DNA of 64,000 bases from a virus. Shown piece after piece: positions 28,482 to 37,088 of this stretch (positions are counted from its first letter, which is position 1; each line of letters begins with the position of its first letter). A model generated the notes under the pieces. It worked only from the letters and a program-made list of their open reading frames with translations, was not told the origin of the DNA and made no database searches. Both the position numbers and the translations under genes were made by a program. The stretch lies in the IMG/VR virus record IMGVR_UViG_3300022902_000006; one strand, written 5' to 3'.

Positions 28482-28567
28482 GGGTAAAACCTCCTGTTGT
28501 TTTAACTACTTTCGCCGTGTGAGAGATCCACACTACATTTCTCAAACGTACGCGTCAAGCTAATTGT

Positions 28568-28586
28568 ATGTCGATCACATCGACAT
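28568..28586. promoter_or_regulatory. Perfect 8-3-8 palindrome in a divergent promoter region
   Basis: ATGTCGAT-CAC-ATCGACAT. Confidence 0.5.
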
Positions 28587-28611
28587 CCCATTTTGTACAA
28601 TTAATACGGGA

Positions 28612-28639
28612 TTGTAGTGAACTATGCGCCATGTATAAT
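28612..28639 (+). promoter_or_regulatory. Sigma70-type promoter, probably leaderless
   Basis: TTGTAG-16 nt-TATAAT, followed 7 nt later by ATG 28647. Confidence 0.6.
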
Positions 28640-28646
28640 CTGGCAC

Positions 28647-29483
28647 ATGCCCCAACACGACGAAGTTGCCGCAATCTACCACCGTGAACTACACGCCCTC
28701 GACCTGTGTAACCCCCGCCAAGAGCGCGAGCTACTTTGCCGATACCACGAGCACCGAGATATCGCGGCGCGCAACACACTCGTGAAGAAGAACTTGAGAT
28801 TCGTTGTTCGTGTTGCGCGGAAGTGTGCCAAAGGGGACACAGAGGCTCTGGCCAGTTTTGTATCTGCAGGAAACGAAGGTCTAATCGTCGCCGCAGACAA
28901 ATACTGTCCGTGGGTGATCCCTTGCCCCGAATGTGACACTCCGAACTACGTACATCAAACCAAACGCCAGCGCTGCAAACGATGCAACCGCGCCCTTCGC
29001 AGCGCTGACGCTAAGAAATTCACCACGCGCTTTCTAACCTACGCAGGGTGGTGGGTCCTGGAAGCCATTCGCACGGACATGTATCGGATGGGCCATGCTG
29101 TCCACGTACCACCCCACAAGATCAAAGAGATACAACGTCGCCGTGACAAAGGCGAAGACGCCCCGGGCATTGTAGGAGTTCCCTACGCTGACGCTGCTGA
29201 CGATGAATCCCTTACAGGTACAGACGCACTCGCAGCCACTACCCTACGCCACAAAACACGCCGCGCCATTCAACAACTTCCGCCACGCAAAGCCTACATC
29301 GTCGCAGCCTACTTCGGCCTACGCGGAGACCGCGCACGCACACTCAAAGAGATTTCCGTGCTCTTGGACATATGCCCAGAACGAGTACGGCAACTCAAAG
29401 AAGTTGCGATGCGGATGTTACAGGGGTACTTGGCGGAATACGCTGAATCAGCGGAGGGGGGAGAACTGGCGTTGTTGGCCTAG
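28647..29483 (+). CDS. Sigma-70 family RNA polymerase sigma factor with zinc-ribbon insertion
   Basis: Region 2 NLRFVVRVARK...GNEGLIVAADKY and RFLTYAGWW; region 4 RTLKEISVLLDICPERVRQL; CPEC...CKRC insert. Confidence 0.9.
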   Translation: MPQHDEVAAIYHRELHALDLCNPRQERELLCRYHEHRDIAARNTLVKKNLRFVVRVARKCAKGDTEALASFVSAGNEGLIVAADKYCPWVIPCPECDTPNYVHQTKRQRCKRCNRALRSADAKKFTTRFLTYAGWWVLEAIRTDMYRMGHAVHVPPHKIKEIQRRRDKGEDAPGIVGVPYADAADDESLTGTDALAATTLRHKTRRAIQQLPPRKAYIVAAYFGLRGDRARTLKEISVLLDICPERVRQLKEVAMRMLQGYLAEYAESAEGGELALLA

Positions 29484-30427
29484 AAGGGGGAGTCGCGGAA
29501 GCCCGCGACCCACTCCAGAGCCTTGGCAGCGCCCTGCAGCATGGTCTTGGTCTTGTCGCTGCGCGCGCTGGCGTGCTTCTCGTACGTGGCACCCAGGGTG
29601 TCCTTGATGTCCGTCTTGCCCCGGGTGTTGATGGCGTTCTTCTTGAGGCGCTCCAGGAGCGTCTCCAACCCCTGACGTGCCACATCCGGGGTGCCCTTGT
29701 CGTCTGCCGCCGGGGGACGACCGCGCCCCTTCTTGCCCTTGCCGCCCTTCTTGGCCGCAGCCTTGGCAGCGGTGGTGCCGACGTCGCTTGAGGTGCGGGA
29801 CTCCCCACGCAGGATCGCCTTGAACTCCTTGAGCTGCGCCTCCGGAGAGGACAGCTTGCCCAGCTCACGGCAATGGGCGAAGGTGATCTTCTTCTTCCGC
29901 AGCCCCTCCTGCACCTGCTCCGGGAGATCCAGGAGCGACAGACGCTGGGAGATGTACCCCGCCGAGCACTTGAACACCTTCTCAGCCAGCATCTTGGCGG
30001 TGATCACGACCGACTTGGCGTTGCCCGGGAGCACGCCCTTCTGGCCGATGATGCGCCTGAACTGCTCAGCCTCCTCCAGCGGGGCCAGGTCGGAGCGGCC
30101 TGCGTTCTCCACCGCCCGCACCAACTCCAGCGCGGTCTCGTCGGTGCCGTCCACGATGATGACGGGAACCACCTTGCGCCCGGCCAGCTTCGCCGCACGC
30201 CAGCGCCGCTCACCCGCGACGAGCTGGAGCACACCCTCCTCCACGTAGCAGGACAGGGGGTTGAGAACACCCACCGTCTTGATCATCTGCGCCAGCCCTG
30301 CCAGCTCGTCCCGGGCGAAGTCCTTGCGGACATTGGCCCCCTTGATGCGGTTCACGTCGCCGATGGCGACATCGTACTTCTGGCCCACGACGTACTCAAC
30401 GACGGTGGGCGTTTTCTTTGCGGTCAT
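29480..30427 (-). CDS. parB: ParB/KorB-family CTPase DNA-binding protein
   Basis: LVAGERRWRAA arginine patch, VENAGRSDL, HTH AKMLAEKVFKCSAGYISQRLSLL. Confidence 0.92.
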   Translation of the reverse strand: MTAKKTPTVVEYVVGQKYDVAIGDVNRIKGANVRKDFARDELAGLAQMIKTVGVLNPLSCYVEEGVLQLVAGERRWRAAKLAGRKVVPVIIVDGTDETALELVRAVENAGRSDLAPLEEAEQFRRIIGQKGVLPGNAKSVVITAKMLAEKVFKCSAGYISQRLSLLDLPEQVQEGLRKKKITFAHCRELGKLSSPEAQLKEFKAILRGESRTSSDVGTTAAKAAAKKGGKGKKGRGRPPAADDKGTPDVARQGLETLLERLKKNAINTRGKTDIKDTLGATYEKHASARSDKTKTMLQGAAKALEWVAGFRDSPF

Positions 30428-30822
30428 GTTCTGACCTCCTCCTGTTGGGGTGGTGGTGATACAACTTCTTCAGCCTCTTCTGCTTCGGTCTCTTCTTCGT
30501 GGGGCACGATCTGCTTCGTCTTCATCGCCTCGGTAGCGGCGTTGGCGATGCCCATGAACTTGGTGGCCTGCGCCACGATCTTTGCGCTCGGAAACAGCAC
30601 GCTCGCGGCTTGCACTGCCGCGTTGCTGAGTCCGAGGATGGTCCGGAGACCCCGCTCAACGCGGTCACGATCCAGCCGCTTCTTGCGCCGGGTAGCGAAC
30701 TCCAGATCATCTGCGAACTGATTGAGGCGATCGAGAAATCGATCGAGTAGGGTACGTGGTTCTTTGTTGCGGCGAAATAGCACTCGTTTAGCCTTCCTTG
30801 AGTATCTTCTGTACTTCATCAA
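30424..30822 (-). CDS. Hypothetical protein with basic N-terminus
   Basis: ATGA overlap with parB. Confidence 0.5.
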   Translation of the reverse strand: MMKYRRYSRKAKRVLFRRNKEPRTLLDRFLDRLNQFADDLEFATRRKKRLDRDRVERGLRTILGLSNAAVQAASVLFPSAKIVAQATKFMGIANAATEAMKTKQIVPHEEETEAEEAEEVVSPPPQQEEVRT

Positions 30823-31021
30823 GGTCTAGGTATCGCAACCGTGTGGCCCCCAGAGGCTTCCCCTCCAGGATGTCACCGACTACGAAAAAGAATTCCGTGG
30901 CGATGTCTTGCGCTGGTACGTCTAACGCTGTGTAGTACGCACGATACACGGCACGGATAAGGCGATACCGATACAGGATGTCATGAGTGACAATCCCCGC
31001 TTTACTTGTTTTCTTCGGCAT
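30788..31021 (-). CDS. Small hypothetical protein (probable ATG 31021)
   Basis: Overlaps both neighbours in the operon. Confidence 0.45.
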   Translation of the reverse strand: MPKKTSKAGIVTHDILYRYRLIRAVYRAYYTALDVPAQDIATEFFFVVGDILEGKPLGATRLRYLDLDEVQKILKEG

Positions 31022-31424
31022 CACTCTCAAACGGTTTGGTGCCACAATCCGCAGAACACTTCGGAACGTTGACCCGATCTCCAGGTACCAAGGGTGCACC
31101 GCAAATAGGGCACACAGCCCCATCCGTGCTGGCCTCCTTCACCTTCCCAGGGTCTTCATCTACTCCGAGTTTTTCCACATAGCACCTATTCGTAAAGAGG
31201 GTGGACTGGTCCGGCTTCAACTTGCCGTGGTAGCGGTAGCGGTAAAGACCCCGAGTGGAGTCTTCTGCAATGCACACAATGTGGTGTCTTTGCTGTCGCA
31301 GATCCGAAATGCGCCCGGTGTACTTGAGAGCGATTCGACACAATTCCCAGTTGTACGCACCTCGTTGGCCGCGTTCTTTCAGAAATTGTAGGATCTTTGC
31401 GCATTGGTTATCCAGGCGTCCCAT
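31002..31424 (-). CDS. Winged HTH protein with C-terminal zinc ribbon
   Basis: ILQFLKERG...YTGRISDLRQQ (phage HTH_39-like pattern); CPICG...CSADC. Confidence 0.65.
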   Translation of the reverse strand: MGRLDNQCAKILQFLKERGQRGAYNWELCRIALKYTGRISDLRQQRHHIVCIAEDSTRGLYRYRYHGKLKPDQSTLFTNRCYVEKLGVDEDPGKVKEASTDGAVCPICGAPLVPGDRVNVPKCSADCGTKPFESDAEENK

Positions 31425-31467
31425 CTAGCCACCTAGAGGACCCTCTTGTACCACGGGAGGTCCTCAG

Positions 31468-31480
31468 TTTACGGCGTAAA
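31468..31480. repeat. TTTAC-N3-GTAAA palindrome
   Basis: TTTACGGCGTAAA, intergenic, 44 nt upstream of the HTH gene. Confidence 0.85.
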
Positions 31481-31491
31481 GGGTGGGGGAG

Positions 31492-31974
31492 CTACTTGAC
31501 CTTCTTGTCCGCAGCAGCCTTCTCCGCTGCCTTCTTGGCCTTCTCCGCCGCCGCGTCTTCCTTGGCCTTAACCTTGGCCTCCTCCGCCGCCTTGGCGTCA
31601 GCCTCCTTCTTGGCCTCGGCGTCCTTCTTGCGCTTGGCCGTCGCCGCCGCCTTCTCCGCCTTCTCCTCCTTGGAGAGGCCACGCGCCAGCATGATGTTGT
31701 TCGCCACGGCAGCGTCGCACTTGTCGCAGACCTTGTCCTTGATGATGGTCGTGCCCTTGTAGAAGATGACCAGGTCCGGCATCCTGCCGTTCTCGTTCAT
31801 CTCATCCAGGTACGTCTGGAGGGCCTGCACCTCCTCCTCGTGCTTCAGGGCCTGGTCTTCCTTCTCCTGGGCCTGGGCCAGGGTCAGCTCCAGCGTCGAC
31901 GCGCGCTTGCAGCGGTCGCAGTGCTCGGGGACGGTCACCTTCATGGGGGTTGCGGTGGGTTTTTGGTCAGACAT
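31492..31974 (-). CDS. Zinc-finger protein with Ala/Lys/Glu-rich tail
   Basis: CDRC and CDKC pairs; low-complexity AKK/AEEAK C-terminus. Confidence 0.6.
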   Translation of the reverse strand: MSDQKPTATPMKVTVPEHCDRCKRASTLELTLAQAQEKEDQALKHEEEVQALQTYLDEMNENGRMPDLVIFYKGTTIIKDKVCDKCDAAVANNIMLARGLSKEEKAEKAAATAKRKKDAEAKKEADAKAAEEAKVKAKEDAAAEKAKKAAEKAAADKKVK

Positions 31975-32028
31975 TTTCAGGTGCTCCTTCTGTCATATCA
32001 GATGTCATGTTGTGTGTGCGTGCTGAGG

Positions 32029-33258
32029 CTACGCGTCCTGCAGCACACGTTCCAGTTTCTCCATCGTTTGTACTCCGGGGATACCATCCACGTCAATGAG
32101 ATCCTCACGATTCCTGCGGTTCCAGTCCTGTTGAAAGTGCGTCACTGCCGCAATCGTCTCAGCACCAAGGTCACCATCCACCCCATACTTCGGCAAGATG
32201 GGCACCCCGTAGATCTTGATCAGCGCCTCCTGCACTTCCGTGGTGGTATCAATGCTCGTGTCGCGGTCGTTGTACGGAATCTTCTGGTCAGGATCCTCTG
32301 CGTAAAGGATGGCGCAGTCCAGCTCAGAGAGATCGGCGATGTCGTCCGCACCTTCTGCCGTCACGAACTCCTCCATGAAGGAATATTCCTCAATGGGGTA
32401 GTGCTCGAACGCCGCAGCGTTGGCGAGCTTGCGAGGCCACAACGGACCCATATCGAACTTGGATGCACGCCAATCGGCGTGGTCCGACATGCGCGCCTCC
32501 GTCAACTTCCCGGTAGCGATGACCGTCAAGCGCTTGAGCTTGATATTCGTGACCACCTGACTCCAGGTGTACGGCATCATGTGTGTGGCCTTCCTGTAAG
32601 GCACGTCCAGGCGCGTCGGCACCTGACCACTGTCAAGGACCGCCTGCTTGATGGGGCCTGCCCAGAAGTGCCAGGCGTTGTCCTTGAAGGTGCACACCAG
32701 GGGATTCACCATCTCAACGTGGATGCCGTCCCCGTTGCGCTTGGGCTCGCCCCAACACTTGTCCTCCAGATTGAGGAGCATGAATGGGGTGCCATCGCGG
32801 AACACCACGAAGTGTGTCACTGCGTTGGCATACCCCTTCCACGACACGACGTATCCTTTCTTACCCTTCTTGACCTTCCCGTCCCGGCGAGCGGCGTACT
32901 TCTCCGCCGATACCTCGGTCTTGAATCGCCGAGAGTGGGACCGAATAGCAGATGAGAACCAGCCCAGCGTACCCCAGCCATTGATGCCTGCGGTGCTGTG
33001 GTCCACCCACCAGAGAGACTTCACGTTCTTCAGTCGCCCCCGGCGCCCCTGCTTCGTCGGGAAGAGTTTCCGGTAGGTTGGATTCATCTTGTGATAGATG
33101 TCCAGGTGAGACCGCTCATACAGGAGCCGCAGCGTCCTACGCGCATCTTCCTGTGTGACGAGACCGCTGCTCGTCGCTTCCCACATCACCGCAAACTCTT
33201 CGCGGATTTCTGTTTCCCGGTCCAGGAGGTCTTTCCAGAATTCGTCGTGTTTTGTCAT
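32029..33258 (-). CDS. N-acetylmuramoyl-L-alanine amidase-like endolysin with peptidoglycan-binding domain
   Basis: VDHSTA, THFVV, GIHVEMVN and DHADW...KFDMGP (Amidase_2 pattern); C-terminal VDGDLGAET...FQ...VDGIPG (PG_binding_1). ATG 33258 overlaps the upstream stop. Confidence 0.78.
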   Translation of the reverse strand: MTKHDEFWKDLLDRETEIREEFAVMWEATSSGLVTQEDARRTLRLLYERSHLDIYHKMNPTYRKLFPTKQGRRGRLKNVKSLWWVDHSTAGINGWGTLGWFSSAIRSHSRRFKTEVSAEKYAARRDGKVKKGKKGYVVSWKGYANAVTHFVVFRDGTPFMLLNLEDKCWGEPKRNGDGIHVEMVNPLVCTFKDNAWHFWAGPIKQAVLDSGQVPTRLDVPYRKATHMMPYTWSQVVTNIKLKRLTVIATGKLTEARMSDHADWRASKFDMGPLWPRKLANAAAFEHYPIEEYSFMEEFVTAEGADDIADLSELDCAILYAEDPDQKIPYNDRDTSIDTTTEVQEALIKIYGVPILPKYGVDGDLGAETIAAVTHFQQDWNRRNREDLIDVDGIPGVQTMEKLERVLQDA

Positions 33259-34184
33259 CGACTCGCCAGTACCTTTCCTCTGCAATCAAACCAGTAGCCG
33301 CACCACCGCGCACTGCAACACCAAGCTGTTGGGTCGCACGGAGGGAACACGCCCGCCGAAATAGCGCGCGAGACGCCATCAATAATCATAAACATCCACT
33401 GGTAATCTGCTTCGGTGCGTAGTGTGGTTGCTTGTAGAACTTTTGGTTTCTTGAGGCGCAAGAACATATCCATGCGCACCCTGGGAATCTTCTTCGCGTA
33501 CGAGTAGAACGTGAACTGAAGGGACCCATCCAACTCAACCTTGGTCGCCTTCTTCGCTTTCGTTTTGTAGTCCACCACACTGCGCAGCAGCTCTGGTGGG
33601 GGCGTTAAACCGTTGTCCTGTATCAAGGCCAGCTCTGCTGCTGAAAAGCCGGTGAGGTCATTCGCGTCCACGAGGTCGATGAACCCAAGCATCGGAATGC
33701 CGTTGACGTCTACCTCTATCTTCTCTTCGATGCCACGCGTCCCATCTGGGGCCACGTAAGGCTTTACGTCAGGTGCGAACTCCTCATTGTACTTTGTGAT
33801 GAGCGTGATGCCCTGGTCCTTCGCCACGCCCCTATCAATGTCGCCCCAGTCTTCGATGGCTGCAGCCCCCTCCTCATACGAGTCAGAGTACGCCGATGTG
33901 ACCAGCTCATTGCTTGCGGGCACGCCATGATCCACGATGTGATGGTTCGTGACTTCAGCGCCCTTATGGCAGGCGGTGCCCTGGGCCATGAGCGCGCCGG
34001 GAGGTGTGCGCTTCTTGAGGATGTAACGGAAGTAGTATTGATGTGGGCAGCGCTGGTAGCACCCTACCTGTGAGGGGCTAAGGTACCCTGTTGGGAGCAC
34101 GATGCGTGGCGCGTCGCTGCGCAACTTCTCTGCCGCCTCCAACTGCTCTGGGGTAGGAGCGAAGTCTTCAATTCCGCGCCCCAC
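33255..34184 (-). CDS. Second PD-(D/E)XK nuclease (Fe-S Cys pattern)
   Basis: LSPSQ...RCPHQY, GFIDLV, VVDYKT, QFTFY and terminal C...CC...C...C. Confidence 0.82.
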   Translation of the reverse strand: MGRGIEDFAPTPEQLEAAEKLRSDAPRIVLPTGYLSPSQVGCYQRCPHQYYFRYILKKRTPPGALMAQGTACHKGAEVTNHHIVDHGVPASNELVTSAYSDSYEEGAAAIEDWGDIDRGVAKDQGITLITKYNEEFAPDVKPYVAPDGTRGIEEKIEVDVNGIPMLGFIDLVDANDLTGFSAAELALIQDNGLTPPPELLRSVVDYKTKAKKATKVELDGSLQFTFYSYAKKIPRVRMDMFLRLKKPKVLQATTLRTEADYQWMFMIIDGVSRAISAGVFPPCDPTAWCCSARWCGYWFDCRGKVLASR

Positions 34185-34741
34185 TATCGACCACTCCCTG
34201 ACCCGGGCCTCGGAGGCCGTCCACTCTCACCGCCGATGTTTCCTGGTCCCGTCAGTTTGCTCCGGGCGAACGGCCCCGTCTTACCCGCCGCCAACTTCTT
34301 ACCCGCTGTTGCTGCTGCACGTGCGGAACCGGAAGTGGCACCTGGCTCATCTGTCTGATTGTACTCGGGTGGCTCCTCAGATTCTCCCAGGTCTTCGTCC
34401 AGCTCCACAGGGAGTAGTTCCATCTCCAGCTCGTGAACCGCTGCGCCCTCGGCCTCCTCGCGGAGTACCTCCAGCTCTTCGTCAGACACGTCGAGGGGGG
34501 TCATCTGGGGTGGGGCATGCGCCGCCGAATTGTGCAACGCAGCCTGGCCACACATGATGCACTCTCGGTCCTTCAGTAGGGGGGCGTCAACCGCAGTGAC
34601 CTCGATCGTCATCGCGGTTGCGTCATCGCCGTACTCCGACACCACCACCGTAGACACGTCCAATCCTTTGTGCTGTAGCGCAGCCCTGAGCAGGTGTACG
34701 ATATCGTCGTAATTGAACACCGCTTTGTGTTCCAGTTCCAT
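34184..34741 (-). CDS. Hypothetical protein
   Basis: Coupled to both neighbours; CIMC motif and acidic stretch. Confidence 0.5.
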   Translation of the reverse strand: MELEHKAVFNYDDIVHLLRAALQHKGLDVSTVVVSEYGDDATAMTIEVTAVDAPLLKDRECIMCGQAALHNSAAHAPPQMTPLDVSDEELEVLREEAEGAAVHELEMELLPVELDEDLGESEEPPEYNQTDEPGATSGSARAAATAGKKLAAGKTGPFARSKLTGPGNIGGESGRPPRPGSGSGR

Positions 34742-36625
34742 TTATAGTTCCCTTACCCGCGTCACCGGTCGTGCCACGGATCTTTGGTATTTACAACCAG
34801 CGTCATAGATTTTGGCGCACTTGCACCCTTCTTGCTGGGGGCATTTGGCACACACAATCGCAGTAGTTAGCGTCTCTGCTACGTCTGCACGAAACGTCAG
34901 TGCGCGTGCTACGTGCTCATCTACTGTGTCCTTGCCCAAGAGACGGTACACCGTCGTATTGCGCGTCTGCCCAGCACGGTGGTTACGGTCACGCGATTGG
35001 TCATAGGCTCCGAGTTCCCAGGGGAGTGCGTAGTAGATCATGTAGTTTGCAGCGTTGAGCGTAATGCCCACACCCGTCTTGACCTGCGCCAAGTAGACCC
35101 TACATCGGGGGTCATTGTTGAAGCGGTCTACCAAGGTCTTGGCTTTCTTCCCCGTCTTCAACCGTGCGATGGTCCACTTGGATTTATCTTTCTTCCACGA
35201 CTTCGCGATAGCTGCTTCAATGAAGTCCAGCTCTGCCGTGAAGTTAGCCCAGATGATGACCTTGTGCGTAGGCTCCACCAGGATATCACGCAGCTTCGAG
35301 AGCAGCGCATCGAGCTTCGCGTTTGGAGTGTAGAGTTCCACTTCCCGAGGAACGGGTTGGGGGTGTACGACACAGCGATTCGTGTGTGGTCGAATATTTC
35401 CGATGATGCAATCGCGTAGATGAGGGCACTCATCGCACAGCCCCTCGTCCTCCTTCCGTTTCTTGTAGACGAAGCCACCTGTTACCTGCAGCAGCTTCCC
35501 GACGAGTATTGCTGCGTTCGCCACATCCAACAATCCATCTCCGTGCAGAAGCCCCTCTTCCTTGAGCAAATCTGTAAGCAAGTCTTCGGCGTTCTGCTCG
35601 CGCAGCAACGTCCGATACAGTTTTTGCTGAGAGGCACCCAGGGGGACCGCTACGTCAATAACGGTCCTGGGAGGTAGGTCAAGGCAGTCTTCCTTTTTAC
35701 GACGTAAAGCAACCAAGCCGAGTCGCCGCTGCACAACATCCAGATTCTTGAACCCTACAATGATGTGCTTGCTCTTCGGAGCGCGTGTGCAGAACTTGTT
35801 TGTGAAGTGCCAGTAGTTTTCACGTGCAAAGCACGGGGATAAGAGACGCAACTGGGCGTACACGTCACGCGGGTCCCCGAGAGATGGTGTCCCCGATAGG
35901 AGAAGCCTACGCGGAGCTTTCCCTGCGAGGTCCAGCACTGCCTTCGTCTGCCCGCTATTGTGCGTCTGGAGGTAGTGACTCTCATCCGCCACAAGCGCGG
36001 AGTATGGGAGCGTCGCAAGCAGTTCTTTGTACCTGCGCGCCACGCCATACGTCACCACGCACCCTGAAGTCTCCGGGGCTTCAGCGATCTGCTTCCTCTT
36101 CTTCGCTGGGCTGTACCCATCAATGACGGTATACTCCTGCCCGATTCCGTGGATCCCGGCCTCCTCTGGCCACACATCGAGGACAACCTTGGGGCACACA
36201 ATAAGGGGCCAGCACCCTGTGGCCCGCTGCCAGTCGATGACAATCTTGGTTTTACCCAACCCACACGCGTAGAACAGCGCCGCACGCATGTTGTAGATGG
36301 CGTGAAGCAACCCTTCTCTCTGGTGGTCATATGGGTCTGTTTTGTATTCGAAGCCATCGGGAAGTGTGGCTTCTTTGATGCGATCCCCGTATGCGTCCTG
36401 CGTGTGTATCCACTTCTGCGCTGTATCGGATACCTCTACAGGAAGCTGGAGCACCTCAATGTCGTTCAACACAATGCGATGCACAGGGAAGAAGGCGGGG
36501 AAGTACCACCGCAGGTCTGTGCCTGCCATTGCTCCGTACACCTGGCTCCACTTTTCATCCACGCCGGGGATGACAAAGACAGGGGTACCCATGAGCCGGG
36601 TTACTTTGAGTGGGCTAGGTTTCAT
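34742..36625 (-). CDS. SNF2-family (SF2) helicase
   Basis: PYDHQ, CGLGKT, VADESH, LLSGTP, GVGITLNAA and YDQSRDRNHRAGQ motifs. Confidence 0.9.
   Translation of the reverse strand: MKPSPLKVTRLMGTPVFVIPGVDEKWSQVYGAMAGTDLRWYFPAFFPVHRIVLNDIEVLQLPVEVSDTAQKWIHTQDAYGDRIKEATLPDGFEYKTDPYDHQREGLLHAIYNMRAALFYACGLGKTKIVIDWQRATGCWPLIVCPKVVLDVWPEEAGIHGIGQEYTVIDGYSPAKKRKQIAEAPETSGCVVTYGVARRYKELLATLPYSALVADESHYLQTHNSGQTKAVLDLAGKAPRRLLLSGTPSLGDPRDVYAQLRLLSPCFARENYWHFTNKFCTRAPKSKHIIVGFKNLDVVQRRLGLVALRRKKEDCLDLPPRTVIDVAVPLGASQQKLYRTLLREQNAEDLLTDLLKEEGLLHGDGLLDVANAAILVGKLLQVTGGFVYKKRKEDEGLCDECPHLRDCIIGNIRPHTNRCVVHPQPVPREVELYTPNAKLDALLSKLRDILVEPTHKVIIWANFTAELDFIEAAIAKSWKKDKSKWTIARLKTGKKAKTLVDRFNNDPRCRVYLAQVKTGVGITLNAANYMIYYALPWELGAYDQSRDRNHRAGQTRNTTVYRLLGKDTVDEHVARALTFRADVAETLTTAIVCAKCPQQEGCKCAKIYDAGCKYQRSVARPVTRVREL
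35696..35708. repeat. TTTAC-N3-GTAAA palindrome
   Basis: TTTACGACGTAAA. Confidence 0.8.
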
Positions 36626-36641
36626 GTTTATCTGCTCGACC

Positions 36642-37052
36642 TTACGGGCTCTCAGTCTTCAGGTCAAGCAAACAACCTTCACACTTGTAAGAGTGAGTCT
36701 CAAAGTTGCGATCCCCACCAAACCTTAGCTTCCATGCATGCTCGCTGGTAAGGAGTCCTTTGAACTGCCGACAGCGAGGGCACAAGACAATATCGGGTCC
36801 CCCCACCGGGAGCCGAATCCACGCATCCTCCATCATGGCGTTGTACGCCAACAAGCATTTACGCGGTAAATACTTCCACAACTCCAAGTCTGGGTCTGAG
36901 CAATACCCTCCGCTGCTCTCCTTGGTGCACCAGACCTTGGCTGCACACGTGTCACAGGCGTACAGCGCAACCGTGGTGTCACACTTGAACTTATCAGGAC
37001 AGAAGGTGCACGCGAGGCGGTTGTAATCCTCGGTTTTCTTTTCATCTGCCAT
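36642..37052 (-). CDS. Cys-rich zinc-finger protein
   Basis: Multiple CxxC pairs; SD GGAGG. Confidence 0.55.
   Translation of the reverse strand: MADEKKTEDYNRLACTFCPDKFKCDTTVALYACDTCAAKVWCTKESSGGYCSDPDLELWKYLPRKCLLAYNAMMEDAWIRLPVGGPDIVLCPRCRQFKGLLTSEHAWKLRFGGDRNFETHSYKCEGCLLDLKTESP
36858..36870. repeat. TTTAC-N3-GTAAA palindrome
   Basis: TTTACGCGGTAAA. Confidence 0.85.
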
Positions 37053-37088
37053 GTTATACTGTACCCCTCCTGGGCTGAGGAAAACTCC

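Noticed and set aside
26664-34184. Cas4-like nucleases as evidence of a CRISPR-Cas system
   Set aside because: There is no cas1/cas2 or array. Solo PD-(D/E)XK nucleases are common phage recombination enzymes.
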